Below, one piece after another: positions 54,384 to 64,000 of a DNA stretch of 64,000 bases. The notes beneath the pieces were generated by a model. The model worked only from the letters and a program-made list of their open reading frames with translations. It ran no database searches and was not told the origin of the DNA. Each line of letters opens with the position of its first letter. Positions within the stretch are counted from its first letter, which is position 1. The stretch is from positions 175,692 to 239,691 of IMG/VR virus record IMGVR_UViG_3300020576_002947; one strand, 5' to 3'. The position numbers and the translations under genes were made by a program. This DNA comes from a virus (Duplodnaviria > Caudoviricetes).

Positions 54384-55997
54384 ATGGCATACTCTGGTTA
54401 CAGAGCCGAAACAGCAAAAAGAGATCTTGAAATCTTCAAAGATAAAGAAGGTTTATCAGAACTTGTATTTAATCTTGTTATAGATGATATTAGAAATGCA
54501 GTTACAAAACAAGGTTGTAGTATTATAATAACAAATCTTAATGATTATGTTACTATTAGCAAAGAATCTTGTTTCTTACCAAGAGTAGTAAAACTAAAGA
54601 TTATAAAACGACTAAGAAAAAACGGTTTTAAAGTTCTTTGTCTTTACCCAACTTTTAATACTTGTATCTGGTTTTAGGCAAATGATTGGAATAAACGGAC
54701 AGGAAATGTTAGTTAATGATCCTTTTTCTATCCCTGTTTACATAATGATTATCATTGCTTTTGTTATTTCTTTAAGTATACTAATTGTTGATGTAAGAGA
54801 TGCCAGTATTCCAGGCCAATGGAAAGCTTTCTTAAGGCACTTAAGAAATGAAATTTTTCAGCTCCCTGTGCGTATTTGTTTAGGTATTTTTGATATTATA
54901 GTAGCCATCTTTTTCGGAGTTATGGCTGTAGTTTCAATAATTTTAGGACTCTTAATTAATATTACAGATATTATTAAAGTACAGCTAGAACTTAAAGACT
55001 GGAGAGGCTAGATGGATCTGATTCATAAACTGGAGAAAGAGCTACAATACCCTAAAACAGTATTTGTCCTAGAATATTTGGCAGTTAGAGGAGATTTTCT
55101 ATGTGCTAGTTCTAAAACTATCTCAAAAATCCCTGAAGGTTTATATATTATAAGTTCTACAAGTTTACTTGCACTTTTAGCCTTCTGTACTGCTATAGAA
55201 AGTACATATAAGTATTGCCCTGTTCCTGTTGATTTTGAAATGCTTCGGAACACGATAATTAGTGGCAATTCTAAAGGGCTTGGTAACATAAGAGGTCTTA
55301 TCGTAATAGATGATAATACTAATTTAAGTTATATGACTAAAGAACGTACTTACTTTACTGATGATGTAAATATTATTTATTTTAACTAAATAGTTACATT
55401 ATAAACAACTACCTCTAGCAGAAATTGTTATGACTAAAACTATCCTTTTAATTATTGAAGCTTCAAGTGACGAGCCCTATTTAAGAGGGCCTAGTACTTT
55501 CGAAGCAACTCTTGAAGCCGCCGCCCGTCATAGGGAAGACAACCCTGAAGATAAACTATTCTATTTGATTGTAGATGAAAAAGGCAACGTAGAAGTATCC
55601 TCTTTCTCAGAAGACGATTTTATAAACGTGCAAGTAGAAACTGATATCTCATGGGATTGGGATGAAGAAGAATTACCAGAAGAATCTTGATTTAATAGAA
55701 GCAGGTTTTATAGTTTTTCTGTTACTGGTATTGCTCTCTGTAGTAATACCAGTTTCTGTTATAGAAACAATCTATAAACCTAATATTATAAACTCTGGAC
55801 CTTATTCTGTAGTTGTTTGGCTTGATAATAAAAGTGTAGTTTTTACTGATCCAGAAGTTCTTGAAAACAAAGAATGGGTTATAGTATGTAAAGATTATCG
55901 AAATATTTATAATACATCTTTAAGCCTAATAACACACCCCAAACAGGTCAAAAGACAGCATTCCAATGTTCAAGTCAAGCTTCCTAGCTCAAATTAA
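54384..55997 (+). CDS. five hypothetical proteins (54384, 54682, 55012, 55430, 55662)
   Basis: ORF track, coupled. Confidence 0.6.
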
Positions 55998-56724
55998 GAA
56001 ACTTGTTTATATTGATAAAGCAAAGTTTATCTATCTTGTTGGAAGCAAAATCATTCTATCTTCAAAAAAGCCTAGAGCTTTGAACATACAAGAATCATTT
56101 ACTCATGAAGGAATGATGTATGTTATTCTTGATAAGCTTGTACATAATGATGGTGTTACTTACTTCTACTGTGCTAGTAAAGACTCTGGTTGCTATACTA
56201 GAAACTATTTACAATACATAAGCCAGTTTATGAAGCTAACTTGTGCAGGTAGGCTTCTTCAAGAAAATTTATTCCCTAATCCTAAAGAGATTACAGAGTC
56301 TATGGGAGCTATTGAAGCTATTAGAAAACATGGCTATGATCCTAAAGACAACGTAACATGTATAGTCATTGGTGACGGCCACAAGCCCCGTACAGGAGCA
56401 ATGATAGCATTTAGGTCTATGTATGAGGTTATTGTTGTAGATCCTGCTTGTGATTGGAACAAGAGTTTTGACAGACTGACTGTAATTAAAGACTATATCG
56501 AAAACGTTAAGTTGCCCTCTGTAGATAAGGCTTTAATTGTATGTGTTCATTCTCACGCAGATCCTGTAAAGTCTTGGAATTGTATTGAAGCAAAAGAAAA
56601 AATAATGATTGCAATTCCTTGTTGTATTCCATATAAAGTGAAAGGCATGCCTGACTTATATGATTCCTATATCGATCCTATGATTATTAGTCCACACAAT
56701 GAAATTTTGGTTTGGAAGAAATGA
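55966..56724 (+). CDS. SAM-dependent methyltransferase-like protein
   Basis: CIVIGDGHKPRTGA, IVVDP, VHSHA, IAIPCC. Confidence 0.6.
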   Translation: MFKSSFLAQIKKLVYIDKAKFIYLVGSKIILSSKKPRALNIQESFTHEGMMYVILDKLVHNDGVTYFYCASKDSGCYTRNYLQYISQFMKLTCAGRLLQENLFPNPKEITESMGAIEAIRKHGYDPKDNVTCIVIGDGHKPRTGAMIAFRSMYEVIVVDPACDWNKSFDRLTVIKDYIENVKLPSVDKALIVCVHSHADPVKSWNCIEAKEKIMIAIPCCIPYKVKGMPDLYDSYIDPMIISPHNEILVWKK

Positions 56725-56918
56725 CACGGGAACAATTTAAAACAGTGCTTATAGGTACACAAATGATAAGTAATCTAAATACAGAAGTTATTGTTTTAGG
56801 CCATACTCCTAAAGGTATTAGACTCAATATTATTACTGCAAAAGGAAGAATTGATATTGTTCCTTATTCATTCCATAAACATTGGAGAATAGATTATAGA
56901 ATTCCTGTTTGTATATGA
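56721..56918 (+). CDS. ~65-aa SH3-like paralog ending in VCI
   Basis: MTREQFKTVLIG...RIPVCI. Confidence 0.75.
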   Translation: MTREQFKTVLIGTQMISNLNTEVIVLGHTPKGIRLNIITAKGRIDIVPYSFHKHWRIDYRIPVCI

Positions 56919-58111
56919 AAAAGCCAACAAAATCACAGCTAGAAGAGATTAAAAGAGAAAAAACTAGGTTAGCACTTAAATCGTATGATCTAGTAAAACC
57001 TCAGAAAGTTAAAGCAAGGTCCTTAACCTATAAGGACTATTTTGACTACTTGGACTGGCCTAATATTTGTCATTTTGTTATAAGAAATCCAGAAGAGTTT
57101 GTACCTAAATCTTATAATATAAATAAAAATATAGAAAACTTTATTAAACACTGCTTTGTTAAAAAATACCCACCCCCTGATTTCTTATGGTACTACATAT
57201 ACAGCAAAGACTACAAGAAAACCGTTCGTGATGACACACCTAGGGCTTATAGGGGCACTCTCGAAGCTCTTAATAGTCAAGAGATACAACTAGTTAGAAG
57301 TTGGTTTATACATCTAGCAAGAGGCGAGAGTTTTAAAAAAGTATCTAAAGATGTTTTTAATGCTAAAGAAGCTCATTACTTTCTAAACTTTCCTGACCCT
57401 AACGAAAACAATATTTTTTTAAGAGCGCAGGTTAGTATTCTTCTTGCAAGAGGAATTCCCTTTAAGTATGCTCTAAAAGTAAACAGATGCTTTCCTAGTG
57501 GGATGGGACCTTTACAATTACTAGTTAACAAGACAAGAAAGATAGTAGAAGTAGTAAACTTTTTTGCTAACTACCACGAACAAATTCCTTTAGACGATCT
57601 TCAGGAAATCTGTGACTATATTAATTATGCTTACAATAACACACCAGGCTATAGTCTTAAAGATAGAACAGCTTCATCTATCATCAAGTTTTCAAATACC
57701 TGGCATAATATAAGAGCTAGGCATGCTAGAGAAAACAGAAACATTCAAAGAATAGCTTATAAAGCACCTGAAGCTCCAAAGAGTTGGCCTGGTTTAGGAT
57801 TAGGTACTTTCTTTAAGCACAAATATGAGAAAGAGTTTATTCCTGTACAAGCAAAAGAATTAACAACTACACAGGAGCTGCAAGAGGAAGGTTACTACCA
57901 ACGTCACTGTGTAGGTTCTTATAGTTATAGTTGTGCTAATGGTTCTTGTTCTATTGTCAGTCTTCGTTATAGTGACAAAATTAGAATCACTCTTCAAATA
58001 ACAAAAGGTCATATATATCAAGCAAAAGGGAAATTAAATAAAATGCCAAATGCTCTTGAGATGGATATTATAAAGGAATACTGTAAACAGAAGAATGTGT
58101 TTTACGAATGA
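56915..58111 (+). CDS. PcfJ-like domain protein
   Basis: WH..., ELQEEGYYQRHCVGSY...ITLQI...QAKGKLN. Confidence 0.85.
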   Translation: MKKPTKSQLEEIKREKTRLALKSYDLVKPQKVKARSLTYKDYFDYLDWPNICHFVIRNPEEFVPKSYNINKNIENFIKHCFVKKYPPPDFLWYYIYSKDYKKTVRDDTPRAYRGTLEALNSQEIQLVRSWFIHLARGESFKKVSKDVFNAKEAHYFLNFPDPNENNIFLRAQVSILLARGIPFKYALKVNRCFPSGMGPLQLLVNKTRKIVEVVNFFANYHEQIPLDDLQEICDYINYAYNNTPGYSLKDRTASSIIKFSNTWHNIRARHARENRNIQRIAYKAPEAPKSWPGLGLGTFFKHKYEKEFIPVQAKELTTTQELQEEGYYQRHCVGSYSYSCANGSCSIVSLRYSDKIRITLQITKGHIYQAKGKLNKMPNALEMDIIKEYCKQKNVFYE

Positions 58112-59279
58112 ATAACTACCCAATCAGATATATAAATGATTCTTTTCCTTTAAGTGAAACTGCAAATACAGAGAAGTATAGACGTTTAGTAGAAGACTTT
58201 ATAACTATTGTTAAAGACATTGTTAATGATGACTATGATGAAATGGTAAGGCATCTAAAACCTTTACGTAAAATGCCAGCTAAAGGAGTGTTTTTCTTGT
58301 TTTTTCCAAGGTACGGAGATTTCTTTCTCCTTCTCCTTTCAACCGGAGAGGAGCTTAACGGGTCTCTATTGAGAGCTTTGGTTCTACTTAATAGAAATGA
58401 TATAATGCAGTACGCTTATGATGCTTCCTGTGGTTGTTGGGATGAAAAAGAAAGATTTTATACTTTTGATCATCTAATTACCAAGGTGTGTATCTAAATG
58501 AAGACATGGTATGGACATGAGATATATGAAACTATTTATACAGATAGTTACAGGGATTTAGTATCATCAATATACGATCTTCTAAAAACATACCCAAAAG
58601 TAGAAGATATTCATGATGATAAATTAGGAAACTTTATACCTCTTCTTAAGAGACCTGCTATAGGAGAACCTTTCTTGTTTTGCCCTAACGATAAAAGATT
58701 CTGCCTTTTCGTTTGTACAGAGTATGATAAAGAACATACTTGGATGGAAAGAGTAATGGCACTACCTCTTCTTGTTACAAATCCAAAACCAGTATCCGTT
58801 ATAGCACTAGATTCTCCATGTGGATGTTCAGATTGGGGTGAGGAAAGATTTTTTCGCCTAAAGCCTCTTAATACGGTGTGCATCTGATGACTTACTGGAA
58901 TGGTATCGAAGTAAAAGAATCTGTTTATGCTGGTGAATACAAAGAAATTGTTTCCAGCTTTCTTCACCTACTTAAAAATTTCCAAACTTTTGAGTCTTTT
59001 AAAGCTGATAATGATATATTTATTCCTCTTCTAAGTAAAGCTCCTGAAGTTGGGGAACCTTTTGTATTTTGTCCTTCAAATAGTAAACTATGTTTATTTC
59101 TATGTACAGAACAGTTTGGAAATGACTACTGGTCTTCTGTTCAAACATTGCCCCTTCTAGTAGCTTTAAACTTTGATGCTGCTGAGGAAATTCCTTTAGA
59201 TGCTGCTATTAGACGCTCTTATTGGACAACGTCAAGATTCTACACTTTTAATATACCTGCCAACAAAGTGTGCATCTAA
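58108..59279 (+). CDS. three tandem ~130-aa paralogs ending in VCI (58108-58497, 58498-58887, 58887-59279)
   Basis: Y..LV..F/I, PL...P..GEPF.FCP, RF; C-termini KVCI, TVCI, KVCI. Confidence 0.8.
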
Positions 59280-59955
59280 TGGATATTTCAAAAGCAACCA
59301 TAGGTCAAACTGTATATCTTACCTTATTAACAGAAGTATATTCTGCTACTATTGAAAGTATTGATCTAAAGAATAATAAGATTTTTATAAAGTCACCCAC
59401 TCAACCTAGTGGTACAAGATACCATCCAAAAGCACTTTTTGATAATAAAGTAGACGCTTATAAAGAACTACATCAAAAAACTCTTGTCCTTCTTAGTTAT
59501 AATCAACTACAAGAGAAAAGAGTAGTAAGTCGATTGGTAAAACTTGAAACTGAGATCAGAAAATGCTCAAACTAAAAGACGGATCTACTTTATGCTTCGG
59601 ACATGTAGATTTTAATCAATACTATAAGCATTCAGGAATTCTTTATGATCTTGAAAAGGATTACTTAGGACTCAAAATTGCTTTATCCCAGCTTGCATTT
59701 TCTTTACTTATGATCAAGTACCTTTTAGGTTATACCGGAATATACTCTCGAGTTAGAAAAGATAATAATTTTTATTATTTTTCCTCATTAAATAATAAAG
59801 TACAGCTAGTATGCAGAAGAGAACAATTTTCTGGATCGGTAACGATGCAAGAAGCTGCTATGGAATTAAATACTCTGTTTGTTGAGGATATTTGTAAGAA
59901 TGCTATTCGTCGTTGTGATAAAATGTTTCGTTTTATTACAAGGAATTTTAAATGA
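59279..59955 (+). CDS. two hypothetical proteins (59279-59575, 59563-59955)
   Basis: ORF track. Confidence 0.65.
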
Positions 59956-61358
59956 AAACAAACAAGAAACCCAACCCAGAGCCTATCTTTACAGCAGGAG
60001 GCGGAAAAGCAGTAAAGACCTCCAAGCTAAACCAACTTAAAAGATCTGTATGTGCCTGTTTTCTTTGGGAGAACTCGTTCTATGAAGAAGGTGTTTCGAT
60101 CTCAGACAGAATTTTTAACCTATGTCAAGAAGTCCCTGTCCAGGAAGTTTGCAGTCTTGCAATTGAGGTAAGACAAAAGTTTAATGTCAGGCATGCTCCT
60201 TTATGGATGCTTGTAGCTCTTTTAGAGAAAAAGAATCTTTCTAAAGATGAGAGATTGCTTATCGGAAAAACCATTCCAGAAGTTGTTAAAAGAGTTGACG
60301 AAATAGGTGAACTCATTTCATTGTATTGGAAAGTAAGAGGTCGAAGACCATTAGCTAAACAGCTAAAACTAGGGCTAGGATGGGCTTTTAACAACTTTGA
60401 CGAATATCAGTTCTCAAAGTATAATTCTACTAAGGCTAATGTCAGACTTATTGACCTTCTCAGAATTATCCACCCAAAACCAGTATCTCCTGAAATGGAT
60501 GCCTTGTTTAGCAAGATTAAAACGAATACACTAAAAACTGCAGATACATGGGAAACAGCTCTTTCTGCTGGTGCTAATAAAAATGAAACATTTACTAGAC
60601 TTCTTAATGAAAAGAAGCTTGGCTATACTGCTCTTGTAAAGAACGTTAGAAATATGAAGGAATCTGGAGTTGATAAGACTCTAGTACAGAATGCTTTCTT
60701 AACACTCTCTGGAGGTGAAAAAGTTTTTCCGTATAGATTTATTACCGCTGCTAGGCACTGTCCTGAGTGGGAAGATATTATTGATGAAGGGCTGGTACAT
60801 AGCTTCAAGAATCGTATCAAAATCCCTGGAAAAACAGTTATTGTTATTGACATTTCTGGCTCCATGTATGCTAAGATGTCTGCTAAAAGTGAATCTACTA
60901 GATTAGACGCTGCAACAGCACTAGCAGCTTCTTTAAGAGAATCATTCACTGATGTATCTATTTATGCTACATCTGGTGATGACTATTCTAGAACACATGC
61001 TACTCAGATTGTTCCAGCTAGAAGGGGTAGCGCTCTAGCAGATGCTATTGTAAAGTGCCAGTCTGCTTTAGGACATGGCGGTATTTTCTTAAAACAGGTT
61101 ACAGACTTTATTCAGTCTAAGGAAAAGTCTGTTGATAGACTTATTGTTATCACTGATGAACAGGATTGTTCTATTGATGATAAAGATAAAGCTCACTTAG
61201 CCCAAACATTTGCTAAGAATAATTACATGCTAAATGTTTCCTCTGAGAAGAATGGGATTGGTTATGGTAGCTGGATTCACATTGATGGGTTCAGCTCTTC
61301 TGTGGCTGATTATATTCATTCTATCGAACAGTGTGAACTGTTCCAATGCTGTATTTGA
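59952..61358 (+). CDS. rsr: Ro60/TROVE RNA-binding protein with vWA domain
   Basis: FLWENSFYE, FDEYQFSKY, TWETALS, ALVKNVRNM, FPYRF, DISGSM, ITDEQ, IDGFS; ends CCI. Confidence 0.93.
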   Translation: MKTNKKPNPEPIFTAGGGKAVKTSKLNQLKRSVCACFLWENSFYEEGVSISDRIFNLCQEVPVQEVCSLAIEVRQKFNVRHAPLWMLVALLEKKNLSKDERLLIGKTIPEVVKRVDEIGELISLYWKVRGRRPLAKQLKLGLGWAFNNFDEYQFSKYNSTKANVRLIDLLRIIHPKPVSPEMDALFSKIKTNTLKTADTWETALSAGANKNETFTRLLNEKKLGYTALVKNVRNMKESGVDKTLVQNAFLTLSGGEKVFPYRFITAARHCPEWEDIIDEGLVHSFKNRIKIPGKTVIVIDISGSMYAKMSAKSESTRLDAATALAASLRESFTDVSIYATSGDDYSRTHATQIVPARRGSALADAIVKCQSALGHGGIFLKQVTDFIQSKEKSVDRLIVITDEQDCSIDDKDKAHLAQTFAKNNYMLNVSSEKNGIGYGSWIHIDGFSSSVADYIHSIEQCELFQCCI

Positions 61359-61385
61359 TAGTAAGTAAGGTATAAGATTGGTTTT

Positions 61386-61405
61386 GAGGCCTCGAAAGAG
61401 GCCTC
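61386..61405 (+). terminator. hairpin downstream of Ro60
   Basis: gaggcctc-gaaa-gaggcctc then ttt. Confidence 0.6.
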
Positions 61406-61414
61406 TTTAAGTTT

Positions 61415-61544
61415 GGGCGGCGACAGAGACGATTTCATCGCATGTTAAGCGGGTTGTCGCAGGTTCGAATCCTGCCTTCCGAGCAATCGGATGTAGCTCA
61501 GTTGGTTAGAGCACCTAAAAAAGATCGTTTCAACCCCTTCCCCC
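61415..61544 (+). ncRNA. yrlA: YrlA-type Y RNA with permuted tRNA-like domain
   Basis: Ro-binding-like 5' ggcgacag; stem gagacgattt/agatcgtttc encloses T arm gcagg-ttcgaat-cctgc, acceptor stem closed by GCAA, then D arm gctc-agttggtta-gagc; directly after Ro60. Confidence 0.85.
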
Positions 61545-61551
61545 AATCCCT

Positions 61552-62139
61552 CTATATATGTCTACAGTCTGGGTATGACTCAGCGGTAGAGTGTCTACTT
61601 ATCTCCTGAGCTATTTGTTCCGAGATTAACTCCTTAAACTTCTTGCTATGGATATACTTATGGTGAGTTGGGCAAAGCGGAATTAGATTTGAAGGTGTAT
61701 TATCCAAACGATTACTGTTTAGATGATGCACTTCCACAATATTCTGCTCATTACAAACCAAACACTTATGTGGATACGTTTCAAAACAAATAGAACGGTA
61801 ACAAGACTTACCTAATACCCAATTTGGATGCTTAGTTCTTGAGCGGAAATAAGTATTGGAGCATGATTTAGAACATACTGACTTTTCTTTTGCCGTACCT
61901 ACTACAGTCTGAAACTCCTTACTGCAAACAGGGCAAATCTTTACCTTTCGTAAGTGTTGATACCTTTTTGCTTTATACCCATTTTGTAGATCATCCCTCC
62001 ATCCTTTAATGGATAGGAGCTCTTTTAAGATTGCCCTATATCTTTGGTTAGTAGGAGATTTTAATCTAACTAGAAGATTATTAAGGCTAGTTGCTTCATC
62101 AGCAATTTCTTTAGTAAGATTTCTTTCGATCAGTGTCAC
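61552..62139 (-). CDS. HNH endonuclease, antisense inside a split tRNA
   Basis: CPVC..CSKSC, CLVC..EVHHLNSNRLDNTPSNLIPLCPTHH. Confidence 0.88.
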   Translation of the reverse strand: MTLIERNLTKEIADEATSLNNLLVRLKSPTNQRYRAILKELLSIKGWRDDLQNGYKAKRYQHLRKVKICPVCSKEFQTVVGTAKEKSVCSKSCSNTYFRSRTKHPNWVLGKSCYRSICFETYPHKCLVCNEQNIVEVHHLNSNRLDNTPSNLIPLCPTHHKYIHSKKFKELISEQIAQEISRHSTAESYPDCRHI

Positions 62140-62206
62140 ATTAACAATAGAGATCGGATATGCTGCGATTGAAAGACGAATAGTTCAAATCCTGCTATCC
62201 AGACCA
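61569..62206 (+). pseudogene. split tRNA (Pro-like): 5' half 61569-61600, 3' half ~62180-62206
   Basis: ctgggta-tg-actc-agcggta-gagt-g-tctac-tt ... gttcaaatcctgc-tatccag-a-CCA; acceptor strands pair; T stem decayed. Confidence 0.7.
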
Positions 62207-62230
62207 CCATCTTCATAAATATCACAAATT

Positions 62231-62297
62231 AGGCGGCGCTAGAGACGATTTCATCGAAACTCAATTGGAAAATCAGATCGTTTCATTACCTTCCCCT
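62231..62297 (+). ncRNA. second, short Y RNA without tRNA-like domain
   Basis: ggcggcg..agagacgatttcatcg and agatcgtttca..ccttcccc shared with 61415-61544. Confidence 0.8.
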
Positions 62298-62353
62298 ATA
62301 TCTTAGTTTTCGAGAGGAGGCTTTTTTTTGCTATTGTTTAGACAAGAAAACTC

Positions 62354-62590
62354 ATGGTACACCACCTCAATAATGGAGATATCATTGCTTCTTTTGAAGA
62401 CAACCAATTAGTTGTATTATCTCCATGTGGTGTAATCAAGACCTTAAAAGGTAAAGTCATTATTAATGAATCTGGTATTAAAAGTGTTGAGTCCTTTACA
62501 GCTGAACATGATGCATCCTTAACAGATATAGGTAGATTAATGTATGAAGTATTCCAATCTACAAATGCTAGACTAAGAAAGGGACTTTAA
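62354..62590 (+). CDS. hypothetical protein
   Basis: ORF track. Confidence 0.65.
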   Translation: MVHHLNNGDIIASFEDNQLVVLSPCGVIKTLKGKVIINESGIKSVESFTAEHDASLTDIGRLMYEVFQSTNARLRKGL

Positions 62591-63177
62591 TGGCAAAAAA
62601 AGAAGAAACCATAAGTATTCCTATCAAGGAAACTATTGATGAGATACTTTCTTTGATAGGTACAGAACCTAGTGCTTATATTACAGCATTAGACGGAAAT
62701 ACTTATAAAGTTGGAACTAAATCACTAAGACTACTTACTTTTAAAAACACTGGCGTTGTCTGCCCTTTTTGTGGAATTACTGCAACTCACTTTACTATTA
62801 GTTACCAAGCAAAGAGTCTAAATTACCACCTAAACTTGTTCTCTAATGATATACTATTTACTCATGATCATATAGTTGCTAGAAGCAAAGGTGGTAAGGA
62901 CGATCTCTCTAACACACGTACAATGTGTGGTCCTTGTAATTGGGGAAGAGGTGATGGAAAGAATGATAATAACTTAAAAAGAGTTACAGTATGTTTCAAT
63001 CCCAGAAGTAAGAAGTGGCTTGTTAAAGTTAATAAAAGTAAGAGGGTTAGAGACTACGTAGAAGCCTTTGACAATGTAGATGATGCTATTAAAAGGTCTT
63101 ATGAGATCACACCAAACCCTAAAATTTCAGAGTTCTCAAAAGAGCTTTATGATAAACTAGTTGACCAACCTTCGTAG
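62590..63177 (+). CDS. HNH endonuclease
   Basis: CPFCG...FTHDHIVARSKGGKDDLSNTRTMCGPCN. Confidence 0.88.
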   Translation: MAKKEETISIPIKETIDEILSLIGTEPSAYITALDGNTYKVGTKSLRLLTFKNTGVVCPFCGITATHFTISYQAKSLNYHLNLFSNDILFTHDHIVARSKGGKDDLSNTRTMCGPCNWGRGDGKNDNNLKRVTVCFNPRSKKWLVKVNKSKRVRDYVEAFDNVDDAIKRSYEITPNPKISEFSKELYDKLVDQPS

Positions 63178-63232
63178 TACCTTAAAGTATAAACAAATAA
63201 AATTGATTTAGTTTTTTATTTAAGGTGTGTTT

Positions 63233-63915
63233 ATGAAAAAGCTAACTGACAAAGAAATAGAAAGTACACTAAATTTTATTCATAAACATATTCAGTTTGG
63301 AAAGAAATGTCCTTTTAAGAGACTTGGAAAAACTAAAAGTATAAGAGATCTTACAAACAAATTTTTTGTCTATTGTGATTATGATGGACCATTAAATGAT
63401 GTAGACATAAGAATCCTTTATATCGAAAAAGTAGTTAGTAAACAAAATGTTAGTGTATCTTTAACACACAAAGGTATTTTTAGTAAAAGTTCTAACTGGT
63501 ATCTTGATATAGGAGCATGGTTTGAAGTACCAAATGATCTATATAATCATCAGGTATGCATATGAGTATAGATAATACTGACTCAACTTCTTTTATCCGT
63601 AAAACATTAAAAGATATCTTTGATAATATTGACCAATATAAACAGTATTACAATATCAATAATCGATTATATCTAACAGAAGATAATTTTAGATTGTGTA
63701 AAGGTAAAATCTTTCTTTATACCGATAGCTTAGGTCCGCTAGATAAAGACAAAGTTAGAGTTCTTTATGTGGCTAAAGTTTATAATGATAAACGAGTTGC
63801 TGTAATTTTCTATAATTCAAAAGGAAAGTTTTATTCTAGTTCATCATGGACTCTTGAATTAGGTGTATGGTTTGAAGTTCAAAGTTATACAGCTAACAAC
63901 AGAGTTTGCATCTAA
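63233..63915 (+). CDS. two tandem ~115-aa paralogs ending in VCI (63233-63565, 63562-63915)
   Basis: Y.D..GPL....R.LY..KV, SS.W.L..G.WFEV; C-termini QVCI, RVCI. Confidence 0.8.
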
Positions 63916-64000
63916 ATACCCTCCCCCCCCCCCCCCCCCTCCGCCCCCCCGTCAGACCAAAAATTTCTAAGTATGACTTACTAGTTAGCTGCCCTTCCGG

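Noticed and set aside
61441-61514. Canonical tRNA-Asn gene
   Set aside because: Arms are permuted (T, acceptor closed by GCAA, D) inside a Y-RNA stem; no free CCA end
50706-63915. VCI ends as a DNA recombination site or a by-product of stop/start overlap
   Set aside because: All synonymous codons are used and several copies (50717, 51162, 63915) have no overlapping ATG; the MYL/MYM/MHL/MHM starts in the track are artefacts of TTG/GTG/ATG inside the VCI codons
1-64000. Alternative genetic code (stop-codon reassignment)
   Set aside because: Long ORFs are intact in the standard code, all three stops end genes, and no suppressor tRNA was seen

Overview
A 64-kb piece of a large, AT-rich bacteriophage genome (standard code fits the ORFs; no CRISPR array, rRNA or integrase seen). 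Layout: (1) 1-1971 (+): 3' part of a large ORF that is open to the window edge and carries RNA-polymerase-beta-like motifs. (2) 1988-20574 (-): late/structural block with a 3499-aa modular tail-fibre protein, vWA+AAA pair, MmcB-like nuclease and a GIY-YIG endonuclease. (3) Strand switch at ~20600, then a more GC-rich run of small early-type genes separated by a repeated hairpin module, followed by AT-rich small genes (PcfJ, DUF4326-SLOG, macrodomain, kinase) and an 800-aa DxDGD two-barrel RNAP candidate. (4) 39560-40920: ~1.4 kb of structured non-coding sequence with a ROOL-like large RNA in the middle. (5) 41565-49727: tRNA region with two group I introns and antisense HNH genes, one of them inside a split tRNA that also contains a second tRNA. 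(6) Accessory genes: LigD-PE/ligase fusion, Ro60 with two Y RNAs and a split tRNA-Pro-like gene. Best candidates for novelty: nine proteins from three unrelated families all end in V-C-I-stop (Ro60 ends C-C-I) with fully degenerate codons; a pair of divergent RNAP-like proteins with matching hairpin promoter candidates; an array of stem-closed RNA modules around the ROOL-like RNA; tRNA-splitting antisense HNH elements. All family calls are by-eye motif recognition; no database search was run.
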